In this document: in pieces, positions 50,325 through 60,827 of the stretch | Layout of the letters: each line of letters starts with the position of its first letter | Numbering within the stretch: the stretch's first letter is position 1 | NCBI GenBank assembly: GCA_030390025.1 | Contig: CM059432.1 | Coordinates: 76,758,001-76,822,000 of the forward strand | Source: Squalus acanthias | Lineage: Eukaryota | Direction: 5' to 3' | Length of the DNA: 64,000 nt | The notes under the pieces: model-generated | Seen by the model: only the letters and a program-made list of their open reading frames with translations | Database searches by the model: none | What the model was told of the DNA's origin: nothing | Translations under genes and position numbers: made by a program

Positions 50325-51776
50325 TTTTTCCCAACTATTGCTGCCCCTCGGTTACATCATTCGAAAAATCAACATCAGGTTCCACATGTACACTGACAAC
50401 AGCCAACTCTACCTCCCCACCATCTCTCTCAACCCCTCCACTGTCTCTGATTTGTCACGCTGCTTGTCCGACATCCAGTACTGGATGAGCAGAAATTTCC
50501 TCCAACTAAATATTGGGAAGAACGAAGCCATTTTCTTCGGTCCCCGCCACAAACTGTGTTCCCTAGCCACCGACTCCATCCCTTTCCCTGGTCACTGTCT
50601 GAGGCTGAACCAGACTGTTCGCAACCTTGGTGTCCTATTTGACCCTGGGATGAGCTTTCAACTATATATCCGCTCCATCACCAAGACCGCCCATTTCCAC
50701 CTCCGTAACAGGAAGTAGAGTGAACAGTGAGGAGGATAGTGATAGACCTCAAGAGGACATAGGCAGGCTGGTGGAATGGGTGGGCACGTGGCAGATGAAG
50801 TTTAACGCAGAAAAGTGCGAAGTGATACATTTTAGCAGGAAGAACGAGGAGAGGCAATATAAACTAAAGGGTACAATTCTAAAGGGGGTGCAGGAACAGA
50901 GAGACCTGGGGGTATATGTGCACAAATCGTTGAAGGTGGCAGGGCAGGTTGAGAAAGCGGTTAAAAAAGCATACGGGATCCTGGGCTTTATAAATGGAGG
51001 CATAGAGTACAAAAGCAAGGAATCTATGATGAACCTTTATAAAACACTGGTTCGGCCACAACTGGAGTATTGTGTCCAATTCTGGGCACCGCACTTTAGG
51101 AAGGATGTGAAGGCTTTAGAGAGGATGCTGAAAAGATTTACAAGAATGCTTCCAGGGATGAGGGACTTCAGTTACATGGATAGATTGGAGAAGCTGGAGT
51201 AGTTCTCCTTAGAGCAGGGAAGATTGAGAGGAGATTTGATAGAGGTGTTCAAAATCATGTGGGGTCTAGACAGAGTAAATAGAGAGAAACTCTTCCCATT
51301 GGCGGAAGGGTCGAGAACCAGAGGACACAGATTTAAGGTGATTGGCAGAAGATCTAAAGGAGACATGAGGAAAAACTTTTTAAGCAGCGAGTGGTTATGA
51401 TCTGGAATTCACTGCCTGAAAGGGTGGTGGAGGCAGATTCAATTGTGGCTTTCAAAAGGGAATTAGATAAGTACCTGAAGGAAAAACATTTTGTAGGGCT
51501 ATGGGGAAAGGGCGGGGATTGGGACTAGCTGAAGTGCTCTTGCAGAGAGCCGGCACGGGCTCGATGGACCGAATGGCCTCCTACTGTGCTGTAACCATTC
51601 TATGATTCTATAACACCGCCCAACTCTGCCCCTGCCTCAGCTCACCTGCTGCTGAAACTTTCATCCATGCTTTTGTTACCTCTAAACTTGACTATTCTAC
51701 TGCTCTCCTGGCCAGCCTCTCATCTTTCAACCTCCATAAACTTGAATGCATTCAAAACTCTGCTGCCCGTATCCTA
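50325..51776 (+). mobile_element. L2 LINE fragment interrupted by a CR1 at 50711-51610
   Basis: FHMYTDNSQLYL...FLQLNIGKNE...KTAHFHLRN; the L2 sequence resumes at 51611. Confidence 0.9.
50711..51610 (+). mobile_element. 5'-truncated CR1 LINE
   Basis: WQMKFNAEKCEVIHF...RDLGV...LVRPQLEYCVQFWAP; ATTCTATGATTCTA tail; TAACA duplicated at 50706-50710 and 51611-51615. Confidence 0.95.
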
Positions 51777-52132
51777 AGGAACAGCGCCAATGGTGGAGCG
51801 ATTAAAATCGGGGATGCTCAAGAAACCAGAATTGGAGGAGCACAGAGATCTTGGAGGGTTGTAGTGCTGGAGGAGATTACAGAGATAGGGAGGGGACGAG
51901 CCCATGCCGCGATTTGATAACAAGGATGAGAATTTTAAAATTAAGGTGTTGCTAAACCTGGAGCTAATGTAGGTCAGCAAGCACAGGGGTGAAGTGTGAA
52001 CGGGACTTGGTGCGAGTTAGGACATGGGCAGCAGAGTTTTGGATGACCTCAAGTTTACGGAGGGTAGAACACGGGAGGCTGGTCAGGAAGGAATGGAATA
52101 GTCGAGTCTAGAGGTAACAAAGGCATGGATCA
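51777..52132 (-). mobile_element. L2 fragment in opposite orientation, abutting the plus-strand L2
   Basis: Colinear with about 735-1085. Confidence 0.88.
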
Positions 52133-53388
52133 AAGTAGAAGCAGGGAATTTAAGATGTTTTCCAATAATTTATTCAATAACCTAACTTTCTAAGCACAGA
52201 GAAAAAGTACAGCATAATAGCTAACAGAGAAAATAAAGTACATGCAAAGCTAGCCAAAGTTAGGTAGAGAAAATGACAGACAAAAGTAGACAATAATCCA
52301 GGATGACAGTTCGCTGCTGAGCATCATGGAAGTAGGTAGATGTGGTCAATGTTGCAGTCAGTCTGCTACCCAAGGAAAGAGGTTGTATATTTTTAAGCTC
52401 ATGTCACTCAAGGTCACTTAACACTGGAAGCCTACCAGTGGATTGTTGAATAAACTGTGAACTTAAGTCTATACTGTAAACTTGCGCATTGAATGTTGCT
52501 TTATTATACATTAACAAAGCTAAACCCATTTAGTGCAGAGATAGTATGATACATACTGTTTTGCTTAAGGACATTTGTAGCATTCAAATAGCTCTCTAGC
52601 TGCAATCAACTAACTCAGTGTAGACTGGGTATGGAACCTAGACTTTCTTAGTCTTTATTGACTCAACTACTCACTGCATATGCTATGAAGTTGGGGGCAG
52701 GGAGTAAGGCAATGCTTTTACTATATTTTTTAAGGAAAAGGGTTTTTAATGTTTCACATGTACAAATTCGTTTCAGTTTGTCACTTTCACTTTAGACTTG
52801 ACTGACATTGAGGTCCCGATATTTATAGGGAAGCGGGGGAGCATGGTAGTGCCTGGGAAACCTGTCGAGGCTGGGGATGAGGAGGTCCTGTCGAGTTTAA
52901 AAGCAGGACCTCATTATAAGTTTATTCTTCTGTTTTCTGCCCGGTAACAGGCCAAGTGGCAAGGGAGGACCCTTGGGGACGGTCACTGTCAATCGCGATC
53001 GTGGGGCAGGCTTCAAATCAGCGGTGGAGGAGCAGATGGCCGATTGCGGGACAGGCTGCAAACTGGGAGCTTGGGGGGTGGGGGTGTCAGCTAATCACGG
53101 CAGGGAATAGAGAGAGCCCGCAATCAACAGAAGGGAGTCCGAAGGTTTGCTTGAGAGGCCAGGGGAGCACTTCTGCTCCTCCTGGCCCACAAGAAGTTCT
53201 GTAAAAAGCACTTACCTTCTGGAGCCCGCAGTTCCCGCCTCCCTTTCGCTGCCGGGTTTCCTGAGGCCCAGGAAACCCAGCCGATAGCTGTTAAATGTAA
53301 ACCAGTCTCCCAATTGCATTGTCGGAGCCTGATTTAAATATGAGAAGTCGCACAACACCAGGTTATAGTCCAACAGATTTATTTAATT

Positions 53389-53426
53389 TTACAAGCTTTC
53401 GGAGCTGTCGCTCCTTCGTCAGGTAA
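53389..53426 (-). ncRNA. Second minimal hammerhead ribozyme motif (inverted copy)
   Basis: Reverse complement reads TTAC-CTGACGA-A-GGAGC-GACA-GCTCC-GAAA-GCTT-GTAA. Confidence 0.83.
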
Positions 53427-53960
53427 GTTAGCAATGAGAGAATCTCCCAGAATTCACAATTTAAACCCAGACAAAATCTATTCACATTATTCGCTACAAC
53501 AAAGAGCACAGCCAAGACAATGAGATGTGTCCCAGGGGGTCCAACGTGTCAAACCACCTGCTGGCTGCATATCCTGTCAATTTGTGTTCTTGTGTTAGAT
53601 CTGCGGGTAAGCGTTCGCCAAGGCGGCCTTCGAGATACACGACAGCGCAAAATCATAGAGCAGAAACTGATAGCCAAGTTCCGCACTCATGAGGATGGCC
53701 TCAATCGCGATATCGGGTTCATGTCACGATACAGAACGTGACTTGACATCATGGCCGGTCTTCCCAGGTGTTTTTTTTTTTAAAAAGGCTAACACAAGAA
53801 CACAAATTGACAGGATATGCAGCCAGCAGGTGGTTTGACACGTTGGACCCCCTGGGACACATCTCATTGTCTTGGCTGTGCTCTTTGTTGTAGCGAATAA
53901 TGTGAATAGATTTTGTCTGGGTTTAAATTGTGAATTCTGGGAGATTCTCTCATTGCTAAC

Positions 53961-53998
53961 TTACCTGATGAAGGAGCGACAGCTCCGAAAGCTTGTAA
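53961..53998 (+). ncRNA. Minimal type I hammerhead ribozyme motif (PLE-associated)
   Basis: TTAC-CTGATGA-A-GGAGC-GACA-GCTCC-GAAA-GCTT-GTAA: CUGANGA and GAAA core boxes, 5-bp stem II, stem I TTAC/GTAA, palindromic AAGCTT. Confidence 0.85.
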
Positions 53999-56900
53999 AA
54001 TTAAATAAATCTGTTGGACTATAACCTGGTGTTGTGCGACTTCTCATTTTTGTCCACCCCAGTCCAACGCCGGCATCTCCACATCATGATTTAAATATGA
54101 CAATGAAGTGTCCCGCCTCTCCAAGATAGAACGCATGAACACCCCAAAACCCATCAGCGTAAAGGCGGCAATGTACGGGCGCATACGTGGCGAGTTAGGG
54201 GCGCGTTCCCCGTTTTTTAGGGTTTAACCCCCACCTGACCCCCTCCTGCCCGTCGTGGAGGGCTTAATATCGAGGCCTTAAGTTTCAGTTTACTCTTACT
54301 GTAATCGTCATCACTGAACTTTGTTAATCATATTACAATAGTTGTAGTCAAATAAATTAGTGTTAGTATGACATCTCAGTGTCTGATTTAGTCTTTGATG
54401 TCTCTGGCAGGTAATTTGCACTTCATTCAGTGTTGACATATAATCAATAATCAATATTTTTATGTTATGGAGGACAATTTGAAGTGACCTAATTTAGATA
54501 TCATGAAACCCTAAATTGTAAATTGTGCAATCTTATAATTGATGAGGGGGGGAAGATTCATCTAATACCCTTCAATTAATGTAAGTTATATAATGTCATT
54601 TTTTGATGTAATATTTGAAACATATTGTGGGTGTTCTGCAGACTTTATTCTTCAGATTTTCAACAACCCATTGAATACTCCTAACAATGCTAAGAGTAAT
54701 GTTTCCTACCCAGAATCCTGGATGACCATGAATGATATTGGTTTATTTCCCTTTGAAGTGAGTGTCTCCTTCTTTCAAAGTCTGACATTGCTTTTTGTAA
54801 TATCAGCTTAGAGCACTATAATAAAATAGAGAACTACCTTATGAACATCTTCACAAATGAGAAAACGTTTAAGTATTCTTGAGCAAGAAGATAAAATAAC
54901 CTTTACTGCAACAAACTGTGAAAAAGTGTGGCAAATTGTTGTAATCTTTTCAAAACTTCATTTGTTTTATTGCTACTTATCCAGTTGCAACACTTTTTTG
55001 TGCTGTATTTCTTGCCAGGTTTACAAAATGAATAAAATTTAAATGAAAAAAGCAAGAGTTATGTGAACAAAATACTGTCTGCCAATAAGCATGTTTGGTG
55101 TAATAGCATAATGCATCATTGGTTTAGCTAATTACTGTATAGATTTTAATTGTGAGTTAAACGGGTAATATTTAATTGGGCTTTGAATGGAGAAGTGCCC
55201 TATTAAACTCAGCTATTCTGATTCCCTAATTGATCCTTTCCTTTTATAAATAGTCCAGCTGCTGTTTGCTTTTCCCCAACCCACATGTACACACATATAC
55301 ATACAAATCTTTTCATCATAGCTGCCCATGTCTGTGAATTGCTCTTTTCACATGGCCACTAATGGGCATGTATATCAAATCTGTGTGGTCAGATTAGTGA
55401 ACCTGCTGCAATTTTACTGAACGCTGACATTCGATCATCTTCACAATGATTCTAAAGCTTTGACTAAGTGTGTAGGCTTTTACTTTTTAAAAAGAACTTT
55501 TAAATGTATCAGGCCTAGACTTGCTGGTGGCAGAACAAGATGGGTACGACATTTGAAACAAGCAGGGGATCTGATTGCGGCGGAGAACTGGAGTTGTAAA
55601 TTCAATGATTGCAATACAATGTCAAGTCCTCCTGCCAGGTTATACTGTCCCACACCTAAATGGCTTGAATTTTCAAACCTGGGCAGAAATAACTGCTGGT
55701 AAAAGATGAGCAGATGAGACTGTTCCTAAGAAAATAAGCTAGCACGGTAGAAGTTGAGTAAAGCTACAGCAGCATCATTCCTATAAGCATACATGCAATT
55801 CATGTGCTGAAGTAATGTTTGTGTACTTAGAAAAACATATAAATTCCCTAACACAGTATACAAAATAAAGCACAAACTCAGGCAAGAGTGTGTTTTAAGA
55901 CAACAAAACATCTCTAGGTTTGGATGACATTCATATGACAAGAGAGGAGCCCCTCGTGTATTATTGTTTTGTAACACGCCCCAGTGCGGATGCTTCCCTT
56001 AGTTAATACATCAGAAGGAATACATTTTAAATACCAAGTTATTTCAGAAATGCCCAACACATTTTGGTAGCTTTGGTCTTAAAATTATAAGTCCAATCTA
56101 TCCCCCAAAATACACAGCCATCAAGTTACTTTTTATTCGTTTATGGGATGTGGGCGTCGCTGGCAAGGCCAGCATTTATTGCCCATCCCTAATTGCCCTT
56201 GAGAAGGTGGTGGTGAGCCGCCTTCTTGAACCGCTGCAGTCCGTGTGGTGAAGGTACTCCTACAATGGAGTTCCAGGATTCTGACCCAGCGACGATGAAA
56301 GATCGGCGATATACTTCTAAGTCAGGATGGTGTGGGACTTGCAGGGGAACTTGGAGGTGGTGGTGTTCCCATGCGCCTGTTGCCCTTGTCTTTCTAGGTG
56401 GAAGAGGTCGCGGGTTTAGGAGGTGCTGCCAAAGAAGCCTTGGCGAGTTGCTGCAGTACATCTTGTAGATGGTACACACTGCAGCCACGGTACGCCGGTG
56501 GTGGAGGGAGTGAATGTTTAAGGTGGTGGATGGGGTGCCAATCAAGCGGGCTGCTTTGTCCTGGATGGTGTCGAGCTTCTTGACTGTTGTTGGAGCTGTA
56601 CTCTTCCAGGCAAGTGGAGAGTATTCCATCACACTCCTTACTTGTGCCTTGTAGATGGTGGAAAGGCTTTGGGGAGTCAGGAAGTGAGACACTCACCATA
56701 GAATACCTAGCCTCTGACCTGCTCTTGTTGCCACAGTATTTATGTGGCTGGTCCAGTTAAGTTTGGTAACCCCCAGGATGTTGATGGTGGGGGATTCGGT
56801 GATGGTAATGCCGTTGAATGTCAAGGGTTGGTGGTTAGACTCTCACTTGTTGGATATAGTCATTGCCTGGTACTTGTGTGGCGCGAATATTACCTGTCAC

Positions 56901-57633
56901 TTATCAGCCCAAGCCTGAACGTTGTCCAGGTCTTGTTGCATGCGGGCATGGACTGCTTCATTATCTCAGGAGTTGTGAATGGCGCTGAACACTGTGTAGT
57001 CATCAGCGAACATCCCCATTTCTGACCTTATGTTGGAGGGAAGGTCATTGATGAAGTAGCTGATGACTGACCTTCAACCACCACAACCATCTTCCTTTGT
57101 GCTAGGTATGACACCAGCCAGTGGAGAGTTTTCCCCCCGATTCCCATTGACTTGAGTTTTACTAGGGCTCCTTGATGCCATACTCGGTCAAATGCTGCCT
57201 TGATGTCAAGGGCAGTCACTCTCACCTCACCTCTGGAATTCAGTTCCTTTGTCCATGTTTGGACCAAGGCTGTAATGAGGTCGGGAGCTGAGTCGTCTTG
57301 GTGGAACCCAAACTAGGCATCAGCGAGCAGGTTATTGGTGAGTAAGTGCCGTTTGATAGCACTGTCGATGACACCTTCCATCACTTTGCTGATGATTGTG
57401 AGTAGGCTGATAGGGTGGTAATTGGCCAGATTGGATTTGTCCTGCTTTTTGTGGACAGGACATACCTGGGCAGTTTTCCACATTGTCGGTAGATGCTAGT
57501 GTTGTAGCTGTACTGGAACAGCTTGGCTAGAGGCGCAGCTCATTCTGGAGCGCAAGTCTTCAGCACAACAGCCAGAATGTTGTCGGGGCCCATAGCCTTT
57601 GCTGTATCCAGTGCGCTCAGCCGTTTCTTGATA

Positions 57634-59746
57634 TAAGAACATAAGAACATAAGAAATAGGAGCAGGAGTAGGCCAATCGGCCCCTCGAGCCTGCTCCGCC
57701 ATTCAATAAGATCATGGCTGATCTGATCCTAACCGCCAATCTACTATCTATCACAGAACCATCTCCTGCATCTAACAGAATTGCACACACGAAATAGGAG
57801 CAGAATCAGGCTACACAGTCCCTGGGCCCGCTCCACTACCCACAGGGCCATGACCGATCCGAACCTAGACTCATGTCCAAATTCCTGCCCGCTCCCCGTA
57901 ACCCTTAATGCCCTTTACTTCTAGGAAACTGTCTATTTCTGTTTTAAATTTAATTAATGTTGTAGCTTCTACAGCTTTTTGTGGCAGCATATTCCATGGA
58001 CCTACCACCCTCTGAGTGAAGTAGTTCCTCCTCATCTCAGTTTTGAAAGAGCAGCCCCTTATTCTAAGACTATGTCCCCTAGTTCTCGTCTCACCCGTCA
58101 TCGGGAACATCCTCCCCGCATCCACCCGATCCAACCCCTTCACAATCTTATATGTTTCAATAAGATCGCCTCTCATTCTTCTGAACTCCAATGAGTAGAG
58201 TCCCAATCTACCCAACCTCTCCTCATATGACCACCCCCTCATCCCCGGGATTAACCGAGTGAACCTTTTTTGCACTGCCTCGAGAGCAAGGATGTCTTTC
58301 CTTAAGTAAGGACACCAAAACTGTATGCAGTATTCCAGGTGCGGTCTCACCAATACCTTGTACAACTGAAGCAATACCTCCCTATTTTTATATTCTATCC
58401 CCCTAGCAATGAAAGCCAACATTCCATTTGCCTTCTTAATCACTTGCTGCACCTGCATACTAACCTTTTGAGTTTCGTGCACCAGGACCCCCAGATCCCT
58501 TTGCACTTCAGTACTCTCCAGTTTCTTGCCATTAAGATAATAAATTGCTCTAGGATTTTTCCTGCCAAAGTGCATCACCTCACACTTTCCAGTGTTGTAT
58601 TCCATCTGCCAAATCTCTGCCCACTTACTTAGCCTGTCTATGTCCCCTTGCAGGTTTTTTATGTCCTCCTCACTCACTACTTTCCCTCCCATCTTTGTAT
58701 CATCTGCAAATTTTGATATGTTACACTTGGTCCCTTCCTCCAAATCGTTAATATAGATTGTGAAGAGTTGGGGACCCAGCACTGACCCCTGTGGAACACC
58801 ACTAGTTACTGATTGCCAGTCTGAGAATGAACCATTTATCCCAACTCTTTGCTTTCTGTTAGATAGCCAATCCTCTATCCATGCCAGAATATTACCCCCA
58901 ATCCCGTGATTTTTTACCTTAAGCAATAATCTTTTGTGTGGCACCTTGTCAAATGCCTTTTGGAAGTCTAAATACACTACGTCCACTGGTTCCCCTTTAT
59001 CCACTCTATATGTTACTTCCTCAAAGAACTCCAGCAAATTTGTCAAACATGACTTCCCCTTCGTAAAACCATGCTGACTTTGTCCTATTAAATTATGATT
59101 ATCCAAATGTCCTGTTACTGTTTCCTTAATAATGGACTCCAAAATTTTACCTACCACAGATGTTAGGCTAACCGGTCTATAGTTACCAGCCTTCTGTCTA
59201 CTGCCCTTTTTAAATAAGGGTGTTACATTAGCAGTTTTCCAGTCTGCCGGGACCTTAGCGGAATCCAGGGAGTTTTGAAAAATTATTACCAATGCATCTA
59301 CAATCCCTACCGCCACTTCCTTCAAGACTCTAGGATGTAAGCCATCAGGTCCAGGTGATTTATCCGCCTTGAGTCCCATTATTTTACCGAGTACCACTTC
59401 CTTAGTGATTTTGATCGTGTTTAGCTCCTCTCCCCCTATAGCCCCCTGTTTGTCCAGTGTTGGGATATTCTTAGTGTCCTCTACTGTAAAGACTGATACA
59501 AAATATTCATTCAGTGTTTTTGCCATCTCCATATTTCCCACCATTAATTTCCCGGTCTCATCCTCTAAGGGACCAACATTTACTTTAGCCACCCTTTTTC
59601 TTTTTATATAACTATAAAAACTCTTACTATCTGTTTTTATATTTTTTGCTAATTTACTTTCATAATCTATCTTCCCTTTCTTAATCAACCTTTTTGTTAT
59701 TTTTTGCTGCCTTTTAAAGTTTTCCCAATCCTCTGTCCTCCCACAA
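57634..59746 (-). mobile_element. Young 5'-truncated CR1 LINE
   Basis: Uninterrupted RT ORF; (TTCTTATG)n tail at about 57634-57655. Confidence 0.96.
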
Positions 59747-59826
59747 TGTGGAGTGAATTGAATTGGCTGAAGACTGGCTTCTGTGATGGTGGGGACCTCA
59801 GGAGGAGGCCGATATGGATCATCCAC
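57871..59826 (-). CDS. CR1 ORF2 reverse transcriptase region, 651-aa open frame without endonuclease; first 27 or so residues come from the host LINE
   Basis: KSPGPDGLHPR, NYRPVSLTS, QHGF, YLDFQKAFDKVPH, GVPQGSVLGP, FADDTK, RPHLEYCIQFW with no stops. Expression is not implied. Confidence 0.9.
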   Translation of the reverse strand: MDDPYRPPPEVPTITEASLQPIQFTPHCGRTEDWENFKRQQKITKRLIKKGKIDYESKLAKNIKTDSKSFYSYIKRKRVAKVNVGPLEDETGKLMVGNMEMAKTLNEYFVSVFTVEDTKNIPTLDKQGAIGGEELNTIKITKEVVLGKIMGLKADKSPGPDGLHPRVLKEVAVGIVDALVIIFQNSLDSAKVPADWKTANVTPLFKKGSRQKAGNYRPVSLTSVVGKILESIIKETVTGHLDNHNLIGQSQHGFTKGKSCLTNLLEFFEEVTYRVDKGEPVDVVYLDFQKAFDKVPHKRLLLKVKNHGIGGNILAWIEDWLSNRKQRVGINGSFSDWQSVTSGVPQGSVLGPQLFTIYINDLEEGTKCNISKFADDTKMGGKVVSEEDIKNLQGDIDRLSKWAEIWQMEYNTGKCEVMHFGRKNPRAIYYLNGKKLESTEVQRDLGVLVHETQKVSMQVQQVIKKANGMLAFIARGIEYKNREVLLQLYKVLVRPHLEYCIQFWCPYLRKDILALEAVQKRFTRLIPGMRGWSYEERLGRLGLYSLEFRRMRGDLIETYKIVKGLDRVDAGRMFPMTGETRTRGHSLRIRGCSFKTEMRRNYFTQRVVGPWNMLPQKAVEATTLIKFKTEIDSFLEVKGIKGYGERAGIWT

Positions 59827-60827
59827 TCAGCACTTCTGGCTGAAGATGGTTGCAAACGCTTCAGCCTTGTCTTTTGCACTTATGTGCTGGGCTCCACCAT
59901 CATTGAGGATGGGGATATTCATGGAGCCTCCTCCTCCCATTAGCTGTTTAATGGTCCACCACCATTCATGACTAGATGTGGCAGGACTGCAGAGCTTTGA
60001 TCTGATCCGTTGATTGTGGGATCACTTAGCCCTGTCTATAGCATGCTGCTTCCACTTTTTAGCATACATGTAGTCCTGTGTTGCTGCTTCCCCATGTTGG
60101 CACCTCATTTTTAGGTATGCCTGGTGCTGCTCCTGGCATGCTCTTCTACACTCCTTATTGAACCAGGGTTGGTCCCCTGGCTTGATGGTAATGGTAGAGT
60201 GAGGGATATGCCGAGCCATGAGGTTACAGATTGTGGTGGAATACAATTCTGCTGCTGCTGATGGCCCACAGCGCCTCATGGATGCCCAGTTTTGAGCTGC
60301 TAGATCTGTCCTGAATCTATCCCATTTAGCACGGTGGTAGTGCCACACAACATGATGGATGGTGTCCTCAGTGTGAAGATGGGACTTCGTCTCCACAATG
60401 ACTGTGTGGTGGTCATTGCTACCAACACTGTCATGGACAGATGCATCTGCGACAGGTAGATTGGTGAGGATGAGGTCAAGTAGCTTTTTCCCTCCTGTTG
60501 GTTCTCTCACCACCTGTCGCAGGCCCAGACTGGCAGCTGTGTCCTTCAGGACTCAGCCAGCTCGGTCAGTAGTGGTGCTACCGAGCCATTCTTGGTGATG
60601 GACATTGAAGTCCCCCACCCAGAGTATATTCTGTGCCCTTGCTACTCTCAGTGCTTCTTCCAAGTGGTGTTCAACATGGAGGAGTACTGATTCATCAGCT
60701 GAAATACTGCACTGACATCTCTTTCAGAACCCACCAGCAGCTTCCCACCTTAGAAACAAACCAGTAAAGTAATTCAGTACCACATTCAGCCTATGTATTC
60801 CTTATTATAAAACTGATATAATAGTCG

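Larger units (their letters stand above)
53340..54086 (+). mobile_element. Penelope-like element, 5'-truncated, with an inverted pLTR copy
   Basis: GIY-YIG endonuclease C-terminus (RQRKIIEQKLIAKFRTHEDGLNRDIGF, ends 53741); inverted repeat 53340-53598 / 53789-54047; flanking direct repeat TGATTTAAATATGA at 53330-53343 and 54087-54100. Confidence 0.92.
52812..54277. mobile_element. Harbinger-type MITE hosting a nested Penelope insertion
   Basis: TIR GGTCCCGATATT vs GGCCTCGATATT (reverse complement of the right end); flanks TGA and TTA. Confidence 0.75.
56130..60701 (-). mobile_element. APE-RT non-LTR retrotransposon distinct from the local CR1 and L2 families; disrupted and split by a CR1 at about 57634-59746
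   Basis: Endonuclease LLDLILTN...GSNDHHTV; RT VTALDIKAAFDRVWHQG; C-terminal IYKAQVRSVMEYSPLAW...SLHHRRTVAA. Clade not assigned. Confidence 0.88.
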
